Below are positions 29,035 through 36,718 of a stretch of 64,000 nt of DNA, in pieces. The DNA is from a virus (lineage: Duplodnaviria > Heunggongvirae > Uroviricota > Caudoviricetes): positions 54,700-118,699 of IMG/VR virus record IMGVR_UViG_2974665086_000001. One strand, written 5' to 3'. The notes beneath the pieces were generated by a model that worked only from the letters and a program-made list of their open reading frames with translations, made no database searches and was not told the origin of the DNA. The translations under genes were made by a program, and so were the position numbers. Numbering within the stretch: the stretch's first letter is position 1; the number at the start of each line of letters is the position of its first letter.

Positions 29035-29150
29035 GAGCCGACTGGTAATTGGTTATCTTACAATTAATTTGATAATAAACCCGCGTGAGTTCGATTCTCA
29101 CTTGGTCACATGGCTGAGGGGACCAAATCTCCGATTCCAACAACATGCTC
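29035..29150 (+). ncRNA. Y RNA-like element e2 with internal T-arm plus closed acceptor-like hairpin
   Basis: 5' GAGCCGA-CTGGTAATT-GGTTATC (compare hY4 GGUCCGAUGGUAGUGGGUUAUC); GTGAGTTCGATTCTCAC then TTGGTC..GACCAA hairpin; 3' AACATGCTC. Confidence 0.6.
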
Positions 29151-29172
29151 AAAATTTAACTTAATATCTTAA

Positions 29173-29237
29173 GAGCCGGATGACAACGGTTAACCAACAC
29201 TCATATTGTTCCTACACCCGTTGTCAGTTACATGCTC
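29173..29237 (+). ncRNA. Y RNA-like element e3 (short, 65 nt)
   Basis: 5' GAGCCGG; 8-bp upper stem GACAACGG/CCGTTGTC; 3' CATGCTC; TAATAT -10-like 6 nt upstream. Confidence 0.6.
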
Positions 29238-29255
29238 TCAAGATCAAAGACTTAT

Positions 29256-29347
29256 GAACCGGAGAACTTCGTTTATCTTGTCAATTCGAGACGGTAGGGT
29301 TCGATTCCCTCCGTATGGGCTGGTGCCTATCGAAGTTCATAACACGT
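29256..29347 (+). ncRNA. Y RNA-like element e4 with internal T-arm
   Basis: 5' GAACCGG; 8-bp upper stem GAACTTCG/CGAAGTTC; AGGGTTCGATTCCCT; 3' CACGTTC. Confidence 0.6.
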
Positions 29348-29354
29348 TCATACT

Positions 29355-29425
29355 ATGTGGCACACCGTAGGCTGTGGGAGCGTGACTGTAAATCACTACT
29401 CTGAGAGTTCGAATCTCTCGTGCCA
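29355..29425 (+). tRNA. tRNA, anticodon GUA (Tyr?) with short variable arm - identity uncertain
   Basis: Acceptor GTGGCAC/GTGCCAC perfect, anticodon arm CGTGA-CTGTAAA-TCACT, T-arm GAGAGTTCGAATCTCTC; D-arm irregular. Confidence 0.45.
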
Positions 29426-29431
29426 CACCAA

Positions 29432-29490
29432 GCGAGCCGGATTGTGACGTTTATCTTATGGCATAAACACGTTACAAGCGAACATGCTTG
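29432..29490 (+). ncRNA. Y RNA-like element e5 (short)
   Basis: 5' GAGCCGG-ATTGTGAC-GTTTATC directly after the tRNA 3' end; 3' AACATGCTT. Confidence 0.5.
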
Positions 29491-29497
29491 CTATAAT
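29488..29497 (+). promoter_or_regulatory. extended -10 (TGcTATAAT) placing a start at the 5' G of element e6
   Basis: ttgctataat at 29488-29497; GAACCGC begins 29503. Confidence 0.45.
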
Positions 29498-29502
29498 TTT
29501 AC

Positions 29503-29633
29503 GAACCGCAGTAAATCGTTAATCAAAATCAGCTCAGATGTGGGTTCGAGTCCCACCCGTTAGGTTAAAAAACTTATCGGTAGCCCAACTGGCAGAGGCA
29601 GCCGACCCTTCTACGATTTATGACAACATGTTC
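29503..29633 (+). ncRNA. Y RNA-like element e6 with internal T-arm
   Basis: 5' GAACCGC-AGTAAATC-GTTAATC; upper stem CAGTAAATCG/CGATTTA; GTGGGTTCGAGTCCCAC; 3' AACATGTTC. Confidence 0.6.
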
Positions 29634-29647
29634 GTAATCAATACCCT

Positions 29648-29718
29648 AGTACCAGGCTAACAAACATAGGCGGCGGTCATAGTTTTCAGGTTCGAATCCT
29701 GATAGGGTAGCTTTTCTG
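29648..29718 (+). tRNA. tRNA-like element (acceptor and T-arm present, no foldable anticodon arm)
   Basis: TACCCTA/TAGGGTA acceptor and TCAGGTTCGAATCCTGA T-arm; body does not give canonical D/anticodon arms. Confidence 0.35.
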
Positions 29719-29842
29719 AGCCGACTATGTATCGGTTATCGCATTCGGAGCCGGAAGAGAAGGTTCGATTCCTTCACCCCCGACCATAGGGGGTTAGTGT
29801 ACTGGATAGCACTCTGTAAATCCCGATCATGCCAACATGCTC
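29718..29842 (+). ncRNA. Y RNA-like element g, directly upstream of rsr, with permuted tRNA-like module (paralog of d)
   Basis: 5' GAGCCGA-CTATGTATC-GGTTATC; GAAGGTTCGATTCCTTC T-arm, ACCCCC-gaccat-AGGGGGT closed stem, TAGTGTACTGGATAGCAC D-arm; 3' AACATGCTC. Confidence 0.65.
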
Positions 29843-29899
29843 AGAAACCAAACATATTCAACCAAAAGGGTTGAACCGAGAAGATAAAGAGGATGAAGA

Positions 29900-31504
29900 A
29901 TGTCAGCACTAGGTAATGTTAAGTTGAAGGAACCAAAGTCTACTCCGCAGACTGAAAAGGCGGTAAAGGGTCAGAAGCGTAACAACGCTGGTGGCTTTAG
30001 CTTTAAGATCGATGACAAGGATCGTTTTCGACGTTTCCTGACAATCGGTTCTGATGGTGGAACTTACTACGTGGGTGAGCAGAAGCTTACGGAAGAGCAC
30101 GTTAAGTTTGTTCAGAAGATCATCAAGCGTGATGGTTTGACAGCAGTCGAAGAGATTGTTAATGTCAGCTCTAACGCACTGGCACCGAAGAATACACAGG
30201 CTTTGTTCGCATTGGCTGTAGCATTCACTTCGGAAGACCTTAAGGTAAAGGCCGCTGCCAAGGCAGCATTGCCCAAGGTTGCTCGTACTTCTACTCATCT
30301 TTTTGAGTTCGCACAGTTCATCGAGAATATCGCTGGCTGGGGACGCGCTAAGACTAGTGCGGTTGCGAGCTGGTACGAAGACAAGACTCCTGATAGCCTT
30401 GCTTACCAGGCAGTTAAGTACCGTCAGCGTAATGGTTGGACTCACCGAGACCTGTTCCGTTTGTCTCATCCTCAGAAGGTTGACAGCGGACTTGCAGAGT
30501 GGATTCTGCGCGGGAACAACGAAAACGTTCCTGAAATTATCTCCATTTTCGAAGAGTTGCAGGCAGCTACCACAGAGGCCAAGGCACTTAAGATTATGAA
30601 GCGTAATGCAGATGCAAACATTGCATGGGAATTCTTGCCAACTGAGCTTCACAACTCGGCAAAGATTTGGTCTGAACTGTTCTACCGTGGAATGGGTCAC
30701 ACAGCTCTGCTACGTAACACAAGTCGTATGCACAAGCTTGGTCTGTTTAACGATATGAAGTTCGCAGCAGATTACGCAGCAGCTCTCGCAGACGAAAACC
30801 TTATTCGTAAGGGTCGTATGCATCCGATTCAGTACCTTAATGCTTACGCAGCATACAACGGTGATCCTGACGGACAGGCAAGTTACTGGGGTGGCGATTG
30901 CCATAAGGGTGTTGACGGTGCTAATAACAAGATCGTCGCAGCACTGGAAGCGGGATACAATTCTGCTTTCCAGAACGTTGAGCCTGCCAACAAGCGTACT
31001 TTGATGGGACTGGACGTGTCCGGTTCAATGTCTCAGGCCGCTTCTGGGCTTAAGCTCAGTTGTGCAACTTTGGGCGCAGCATTCAGTCAGACTTTGGTTA
31101 AGCGTGAACCTTACGCGGTTATCAAGGGCTTCACGAATGAGTTTAAGGACTTGGGAATCAGTGATTCCGATAACCTTAAGACTGTAATGTCCAAGGTGAC
31201 AAGGCAGAACTTCGGTCGTACCGATTGTTCACTGCCTATGGTTTGGGCACTGGAAAAGAAGGTAGAAGTTGATACCTTCGTGGTGTTCACGGACAACGAG
31301 ACATACGCGGGACGCCAGCACCCTCACCAGGCGCTAGAGCGTTACCGTCAGCAGATGGGCATTCCTGCACGCTTGGTTGTGGTTGCGGCTACAGCAACGC
31401 GTTTCTCGATTGCCGATCCTACGGACGCTGGTAGCCTGGACGTGTCGGGGTTCGATGCGAGCACGCTAAAGACTATCGCAGACTTTAGTGCAGGTCGTAT
31501 CTAG
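29900..31504 (+). CDS. rsr: Ro60/Rsr ortholog (TROVE domain + vWA domain)
   Basis: RFRRFLTIGSDGGTYYVGEQKL and ALFALAVA align with human Ro60 [22 protein letters not shown] / MLFALAIC; C-terminal MIDAS motif MGLDVSGSMS; 534 aa. Confidence 0.9.
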   Translation: MSALGNVKLKEPKSTPQTEKAVKGQKRNNAGGFSFKIDDKDRFRRFLTIGSDGGTYYVGEQKLTEEHVKFVQKIIKRDGLTAVEEIVNVSSNALAPKNTQALFALAVAFTSEDLKVKAAAKAALPKVARTSTHLFEFAQFIENIAGWGRAKTSAVASWYEDKTPDSLAYQAVKYRQRNGWTHRDLFRLSHPQKVDSGLAEWILRGNNENVPEIISIFEELQAATTEAKALKIMKRNADANIAWEFLPTELHNSAKIWSELFYRGMGHTALLRNTSRMHKLGLFNDMKFAADYAAALADENLIRKGRMHPIQYLNAYAAYNGDPDGQASYWGGDCHKGVDGANNKIVAALEAGYNSAFQNVEPANKRTLMGLDVSGSMSQAASGLKLSCATLGAAFSQTLVKREPYAVIKGFTNEFKDLGISDSDNLKTVMSKVTRQNFGRTDCSLPMVWALEKKVEVDTFVVFTDNETYAGRQHPHQALERYRQQMGIPARLVVVAATATRFSIADPTDAGSLDVSGFDASTLKTIADFSAGRI

Positions 31505-31508
31505 TTAG

Positions 31509-31543
31509 TTGTCGGGGAGTAGTGATAAATTACTCCCCGACTT
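31509..31543 (+). terminator. stem-loop terminator after rsr
   Basis: GTCGGGGAGTA...TACTCCCCGAC 11-bp hairpin. Confidence 0.6.
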
Positions 31544-31576
31544 CTCTTCCCTAACCCATCTATCAGAAAGTAAAAT

Positions 31577-32431
31577 ATGTTTTTGTTTATCACCGCGATT
31601 ATTTTGTTTATCGCAGCGGGTATTGCTTATCCTTTGTTCAAGAATGATAGTATTCTTCCCGCAGTTGGACTTGCGCTGGTTGGCTTGATTGCGCTAGTGT
31701 TTGCTTCAACTACAATCGTGTCAACAAAGAACGTCGGTGTGGTAACTACGTTTGGTCGTCCTACGGATAGCTTGTCGAATGGCTTGCATGTCAAGGCACC
31801 TTGGTCTAAGGTTACAGAGCTTGACGGCGCGGTTCAGATTAATCACGAAACTTCGGACGTTCGTCTCGGCAATAACAGCATGGCCGGGGTAGAGAATTCG
31901 ATTCAGTGGCGTATTACTCCTGACAAGGCCGATCAGCTTTTCTTGGATTACCGAAGCTTTGACTCCATTAAGGATAACCTGGTTTCTCGTCAGATCACTG
32001 CAAGTTTGAATGAAGTCTTTGCTAGCTACAACCCACTTGAAGCTGTAGCAATTGCTAAGCCGGGTGAAGCAGCAGTACCGGCCCAGCCGGGTATTGATCT
32101 GAATAAGCTTTCTAAGCTTGTTGAGGAAGACTTGCGTGAGCGAGTTAATGGTAAGGTTGAAATCATCAGCGTTATCATTCCCTTGGTTCGTTTCGATGAC
32201 CAGACACAGCAAAAGCTTGACGCTTTCCAGCAGGAAATCGGTAACACTCGTATCGCACAGCAGAAGGAACTTACTGCTGGTGCAGAAGCAGAAGCTAACA
32301 AGGCTTTGTCGGCATCTGTTAATAACGATCCGAACGTTCTCGTTTCGAAGTGCTTGGATATCGTCAAGTCAAACAACCACTCTCCGCTCGGTTGCTGGCC
32401 GGGTACCAATACAGTTATCCCAGCCAAGTGA
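31577..32431 (+). CDS. SPFH/band-7 (prohibitin/HflK-like) membrane protein
   Basis: N-terminal TM helix then SPFH-like core (VGVVTTFGRPTD...LHVKAPW...) and coiled-coil C-terminus. Confidence 0.6.
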   Translation: MFLFITAIILFIAAGIAYPLFKNDSILPAVGLALVGLIALVFASTTIVSTKNVGVVTTFGRPTDSLSNGLHVKAPWSKVTELDGAVQINHETSDVRLGNNSMAGVENSIQWRITPDKADQLFLDYRSFDSIKDNLVSRQITASLNEVFASYNPLEAVAIAKPGEAAVPAQPGIDLNKLSKLVEEDLRERVNGKVEIISVIIPLVRFDDQTQQKLDAFQQEIGNTRIAQQKELTAGAEAEANKALSASVNNDPNVLVSKCLDIVKSNNHSPLGCWPGTNTVIPAK

Positions 32432-32697
32432 GTCTCACAGCGATCTGTTTTCTACTCGCTCTAGTTCTAGGTGGACTGGCAGTAGGATCGTTTATCTTCG
32501 GGACCGTTAAAGATAATGTGTTCTTTATTATCTCTGGCGCAGTTCTCGTGGGAATGGTAGTTGCAGCATCCATTGCGGGTGCGGTAAGCTACAACGACAA
32601 TATTCGAGAATCACAGAACAGTTGCCTTGCTAACAGTGGGGTTATCTATTCAAACAAATGTGTTGATCGAGTGCCGCTAGAAATTCAAAAGCTCTAG
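32350..32697 (+). CDS. small membrane protein (true start probably downstream of 32431)
   Basis: Two hydrophobic helices; N-terminal part overlaps previous gene. Confidence 0.3.
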   Translation: MLGYRQVKQPLSARLLAGYQYSYPSQVSLTAICFLLALVLGGLAVGSFIFGTVKDNVFFIISGAVLVGMVVAASIAGAVSYNDNIRESQNSCLANSGVIYSNKCVDRVPLEIQKL

Positions 32698-32821
32698 TCG
32701 GTTGACAAACTCACTGCCAAGTGTTATGCTTTATGAATCAGTAAAGCACCGGTAGCGTCACCTTGCGTGAAGCGCGCCAATTCAGGTTTGTTAGTTTTCC
32801 TTGTCCCAAAAACTAACACAT

Positions 32822-32892
32822 GGGCTTATAGTTAAATGGTATAACCGCATACTCTTAATATGCAGTTCAGGGTTCAATTCCCTGTGGGCCTA
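32822..32892 (+). tRNA. tRNA-Lys (CUU)
   Basis: Acceptor GGGCTTA/TGGGCCT, anticodon arm GCATA-CTCTTAA-TATGC, T-arm CAGGGTTCAATTCCCTG. Confidence 0.6.
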
Positions 32893-33004
32893 CCGGCGTA
32901 GTTCTAGAAATAGAATCGAAAGCAAAATAAAGTGTCTTGGGATATCGTACGTATGCCTGGGATAACTATTGCGCGCAGCAGTGGTAAAAGCTCACGCCGA
33001 ACAT

Positions 33005-33078
33005 GCCTCTTTAGCTCAGTTGGTTAGAGCAATCGCCTCTTAAGCGATGGGTCGTCAGTTCGAATCTGACAAGGGGTA
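33005..33078 (+). tRNA. tRNA with anticodon loop CTCTTAA (second Lys-CUU-type)
   Basis: GCCTCTT-TA-GCTCAGTTGGTTAGAGC D-arm, anticodon arm ATCGC-CTCTTAA-GCGAT, T-arm GTCAGTTCGAATCTGAC. Confidence 0.55.
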
Positions 33079-33090
33079 CGCTTTAACTAA

Positions 33091-33162
33091 GCCCCGGTAG
33101 TTATAATGTAAAACCGCAGACTTTTAATCTGTCAGTTCTCGGTTCAAGTCCGAGTCGGGGTA
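33091..33162 (+). tRNA. tRNA-Lys (UUU)
   Basis: Acceptor GCCCCGG/TCGGGGT, anticodon arm GCAGA-CTTTTAA-TCTGT, T-arm CTCGGTTCAAGTCCGAG. Confidence 0.6.
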
Positions 33163-33362
33163 CGCAGAAGTTGTAGCTTAAGCCAAGCGAGTATTCTGGC
33201 GAAAGCGTCCGAGGACGGCAATCCTCCGATAGCGAGTAGTCTTAAAAAAGCAAGGAATATGTATGTTTGCCGACAGACATTAAAGCCCTGGGACTTAAAC
33301 CAGGAGATTTAGGTATCGAATCCTAACGCTTCGCATCACTTACAAAAATTAAATGAACTCTT

Positions 33363-33376
33363 TCCTGTATGCTATA
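33363..33376 (+). promoter_or_regulatory. extended -10 promoter TGCTATAAT within conserved ~40-nt upstream element
   Basis: aaatgaactctttcctgtaTGCTATAATtgaatag; near-identical element at 36631-36670. Confidence 0.5.
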
Positions 33377-33412
33377 ATTGAATAGTGTCGTACAGACACA
33401 GGAAGGAGAATC

Positions 33413-33934
33413 ATGGAATTACTTTTGATAGCAACGATTCAAATTCTATCACTTGTACTCCTTTCGAAAATTCAAAAGAAAAACAAAGGAGAAATTATGA
33501 GTTTACTAGATGACAGCTTGGCAGAACTACGTCGTGAAATCGATGCATTGCCTGGTCGTATTAACGACAAGATCGGTGCATTGACAGACGCGCTAGAACA
33601 GCTTAAGGTTCTTACAGACGAATACGCCGACTACCGCAAGGCAGAAGACGCAGAGGACGTAGAACAGAATGCAGCATTGGACGCCGTTCGAGCACAGCTA
33701 GAAGAACAGCTTACAATTGCTACACAGGCAGCAGCCGACATTTCAGCAGAAGCTAAGCGTTTGTCAGGTGTTGCAGCGGAAGAACCAGAGGTTGAACAGC
33801 CCGAGGAACCTGAAACACCAGAAGAGCCAGCTTTGCCGGAAACAGCAGGTGGCTTGCCAGTAATCGCAGATTCGCACCCTAACCCTAGTGTGCCGGATTC
33901 CGAAGTTACTGACGACGCGGCAGCAACAGAATAA
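33413..33934 (+). CDS. acidic coiled-coil protein
   Basis: 173 aa, Glu/Ala/Pro-rich. Confidence 0.4.
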   Translation: MELLLIATIQILSLVLLSKIQKKNKGEIMSLLDDSLAELRREIDALPGRINDKIGALTDALEQLKVLTDEYADYRKAEDAEDVEQNAALDAVRAQLEEQLTIATQAAADISAEAKRLSGVAAEEPEVEQPEEPETPEEPALPETAGGLPVIADSHPNPSVPDSEVTDDAAATE

Positions 33935-33945
33935 TTAAATAAACT

Positions 33946-33978
33946 CTTCCCTGGTACTATTGCCGGGGAAGAGTTCTT
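33946..33978 (+). terminator. stem-loop terminator
   Basis: AACTCTTCCC...GGGGAAGAGTT 10-bp hairpin. Confidence 0.6.
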
Positions 33979-33980
33979 AA

Positions 33981-34053
33981 ACCGTCATAGTTTAAAGGAT
34001 AAAACAACTCTCTCCTAAAGAGTAGATTTCGAGTTCGAACCTCGATGATGGTA
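33981..34053 (+). tRNA. tRNA-Arg (CCU)
   Basis: Acceptor ACCGTCA/TGATGGT, D-arm GTTT..AAAC, anticodon arm ACTCT-CTCCTAA-AGAGT, T-arm TCGAGTTCGAACCTCGA. Confidence 0.7.
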
Positions 34054-34087
34054 CAATTTCTTTGATCAAACTACCTAAGGATTTCTC

Positions 34088-34549
34088 ATGTATAACAAGC
34101 TTGCAGACGTAATCGCTTTAGCTGAGTTTGCACACCGCAATCAGGTTGACAAGGCCGGTATGCCGTATATCGAGCATCCACGTCGTGTAATGCAATCCGT
34201 GCAGAACCAAGGTGCTTTGCCCTATATTCAAATGGCAGCTATACTGCATGACGTAATCGAAGATACACCTTTCACAGCAGAAATGTTGATTGAACTTGGT
34301 GTACCGGCACCAGCAGTAGAAATTGTCGTATTGCTCACCAGAACTAAGACAGTCGCCCCACGAGATTACTATCTTGCAATTCGTGAGAATCCGGCGGCAA
34401 GGATGGTGAAGCTTGCAGATATCGATGACAATACTCAGGGTTGGCGTTTAAGTTATCTCCCATTGGAGACGCAACAGCGACTTGATAAAAAGTATTACAA
34501 CGCCAAGCTTGTTCTTAACTATGCCGATAATCTAGGATTGGAAAAATGA
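34088..34549 (+). CDS. SpoT/RelA-type HD-domain (p)ppGpp hydrolase (small alarmone hydrolase)
   Basis: HRNQVDKAGMPYIEHPRRV...AAILHDVIEDT matches the HD hydrolase motif of SpoT/Mesh1. Confidence 0.7.
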   Translation: MYNKLADVIALAEFAHRNQVDKAGMPYIEHPRRVMQSVQNQGALPYIQMAAILHDVIEDTPFTAEMLIELGVPAPAVEIVVLLTRTKTVAPRDYYLAIRENPAARMVKLADIDDNTQGWRLSYLPLETQQRLDKKYYNAKLVLNYADNLGLEK

Positions 34550-35565
34550 GCGAAGGCGAAAATCTCACAGCACAGGTCTTTCACGATGCAAAGAACAAGC
34601 TAGAAAATCCTGTTACTGGTGGAAAAATAATCGCGTCCAATAAGAACGGCATTACGCTTGATGCTACCGGACCCCTTATCAACTTTCAAACAAACGATCC
34701 GTTCTCAGGTTACAAAGCTACGTTTGTGTCCGAAGCATCACAAAAAGCTATGTACTTTATCAATGAACCGCAGCCAGAAAAGTCGCCCGAGCGATTTAAG
34801 ACGAATGCTATTCAGAATATTACTGCTGGTATTAATCAGGAGTGGAAGAATCTGTCGTCATCGCCGGGCAAGACAACTACACTGCGATACTTGATGAATG
34901 AGCTTCGGATCGATGTTGATTTCGGACCCTATACACCTAACATAGGTATTTCCGTTAAGATTAATATCGAAGCACGCGGAGCAAAGTTCTACCACTTGGA
35001 CCCGCTCACTCCTTGGCACGATCTGCTAAACATCGAACGTTGGCTCAAGGAAGAGCTTGCAGACGGATATGATGTTGTTTGCAACACACCGCAGACGTTC
35101 GTACGCATCACCAGCCCGTCACGTCAAGTAGAACTATCCGTCCCTGGCGGTTTTAAATCGGTCAAGTACGATGATCTGTACTACTACATGCTGGAATATT
35201 TTCCAGAGGCAGAACGTGACAAGCTAGCACGTCGATGGGGTCAGGTCTTTGTGCGTAAGATGTTCTACGATGAAGCAAGAGCTGATAGTCTGTCGGGTCT
35301 GGCAAACGAGTTGCCTGGAGTCAAGCAGAGAGTTAAGCATCCTATCAGCGGTGCTTATGATACCCTGATGCAGGTTGTTATAAGCTTGAATGACACTGCT
35401 AAGTGGACCCGAGAGCAGATTGCCGATTGGATTGAAACATTAGACGATGTTCCTGTATTTACCGTAAAGGTGGAAGAAAAAGTTGAGTATTCGGTCGTGG
35501 GCAAGATTACCCACGTGGTTACGATCAAACGAGTTCGTCAGGGCGAGGCTGACTTCGAACTCTGA
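34546..35565 (+). CDS. hypothetical protein
   Basis: 339-aa ORF. Confidence 0.45.
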   Translation: MSEGENLTAQVFHDAKNKLENPVTGGKIIASNKNGITLDATGPLINFQTNDPFSGYKATFVSEASQKAMYFINEPQPEKSPERFKTNAIQNITAGINQEWKNLSSSPGKTTTLRYLMNELRIDVDFGPYTPNIGISVKINIEARGAKFYHLDPLTPWHDLLNIERWLKEELADGYDVVCNTPQTFVRITSPSRQVELSVPGGFKSVKYDDLYYYMLEYFPEAERDKLARRWGQVFVRKMFYDEARADSLSGLANELPGVKQRVKHPISGAYDTLMQVVISLNDTAKWTREQIADWIETLDDVPVFTVKVEEKVEYSVVGKITHVVTIKRVRQGEADFEL

Positions 35566-35911
35566 GCAATACAAAAAAGAGAACGACGGTCCAGCAACAC
35601 GCTGTCATCCGTTCGATGCTAATCTAATTAGCTCTCGGTGTGACGAAAACACGCACAAACTTTTGCTTGACTTAGACTGCGAGCATCTGTATATTAAGAG
35701 TACCACCGAAGGTCACGGACACTTGATGTTCAATATTGATCTAGAACAAAAAGATATGCTTGAAGTTCTTGAAGTATTGTCTCGGCACGGTGTTATTCAA
35801 CATGGCTTCTATCAAGCTACTAAAGATCGCGGGTTTGCCTCACTGAGAATGCCCGGACAGACCAAAGGTAGCGTCGATGATAGATGGTTTTACGATGAAT
35901 TTAATTTCTAG
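35483..35911 (+). CDS. hypothetical protein (start probably internal)
   Basis: 142-aa ORF overlapping upstream gene by 83 nt. Confidence 0.3.
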   Translation: MSIRSWARLPTWLRSNEFVRARLTSNSEQYKKENDGPATRCHPFDANLISSRCDENTHKLLLDLDCEHLYIKSTTEGHGHLMFNIDLEQKDMLEVLEVLSRHGVIQHGFYQATKDRGFASLRMPGQTKGSVDDRWFYDEFNF

Positions 35912-35925
35912 GGAAGAAGGAAAAA

Positions 35926-36138
35926 ATGTCAACAGCAACAAAGATTGATGAAAAGGCCGACGAACTTAAGAAGGTTCTTGGCGAAATCGAGCTTAACGTG
36001 CTAGGAAACTACACGCTGGCCGATGCTATCCGCGAAGGCGGTTTGGTCACAGTCCAGGCGCATGACTGGGGTAATGGCGAGAGTGCCTGTGCCTTGTCGG
36101 CGGCAGTGATCGCAGCTCGTTCACGCGGGTTTATGTGA
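35926..36138 (+). CDS. hypothetical protein
   Basis: 70-aa ORF with RBS GGAAGAAGGAAAAAATG. Confidence 0.35.
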   Translation: MSTATKIDEKADELKKVLGEIELNVLGNYTLADAIREGGLVTVQAHDWGNGESACALSAAVIAARSRGFM

Positions 36139-36326
36139 CAACTGGCGCTAAATGCGCCTGGTGTGGATTAACACACAATTATGAGCAAAGTTGGGTCGTA
36201 GATAGACATAAGTCTAATTTTCTTTACGACCCAACTTTGCTCAAGTGGTCAAAAGATAGTTATCCAACAGAGCGCTTATACTTCTGCAAACATGCTTGCC
36301 GTAACCAATTTCTATATGGAATGTGA
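36135..36326 (+). CDS. small Cys-containing protein
   Basis: 63 aa, CAWCG...CKHAC. Confidence 0.35.
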   Translation: MTTGAKCAWCGLTHNYEQSWVVDRHKSNFLYDPTLLKWSKDSYPTERLYFCKHACRNQFLYGM

Positions 36327-36332
36327 ATCTAA

Positions 36333-36629
36333 ATGATCTTTAGCGATACGACTGACCCCGAGGTCATTAACGATCCGACAATAACCTTTAACCTGCCAGA
36401 CGATGTTTGGTATGTTGTAGTCGAACAACCAGGTTACGCCCCTACTTTTTACAGGCGAGCACCAGCTAAGACGAAGCTGTATCGTATTAGCAAGAGTGCT
36501 AACGCTCAGGTGTTCAAGCTTACTTCACACGGATTTAAGATTATCTTTGATGCCAATTCACCTGCCGGTATCGAATGGCGTAATAATCGACTAGGGACTA
36601 AAGACCTAATTAGACTGATTAGTTGGTAA
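36333..36629 (+). CDS. hypothetical protein
   Basis: 98-aa ORF. Confidence 0.4.
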   Translation: MIFSDTTDPEVINDPTITFNLPDDVWYVVVEQPGYAPTFYRRAPAKTKLYRISKSANAQVFKLTSHGFKIIFDANSPAGIEWRNNRLGTKDLIRLISW

Positions 36630-36648
36630 AATCTTAAATAAACTCTTT

Positions 36649-36662
36649 TGATTTGCTATAAT
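36649..36662 (+). promoter_or_regulatory. extended -10 promoter TGCTATAAT (second copy of the conserved upstream element)
   Basis: aaataaactcttttgatttGCTATAATtgactag. Confidence 0.5.
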
Positions 36663-36718
36663 TGACTAGTGAGAAAATTTATAATCTCATAGCAATATAG
36701 CACTAAGAAAGGTTTATT

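Noticed and set aside
26160-29842. The repeated GARCCGR...GGTTATC units could be orphan tRNA 5' halves or circularly permuted or split tRNA genes
   Set aside because: They do resemble acceptor plus D-arm sequence. However, matching 3' acceptor strands are absent. Each unit instead pairs with a downstream CAYGYTC motif with perfect covariation. The arrangement of a terminal helix, an upper helix and an internal module fits a Y RNA better than a permuted tRNA.
26160-29842. CRISPR array
   Set aside because: The repeat units are not identical, their spacing is irregular (60-180 nt), and the intervening sequence contains tRNAs and paired 5'/3' arms. No cas genes are present.
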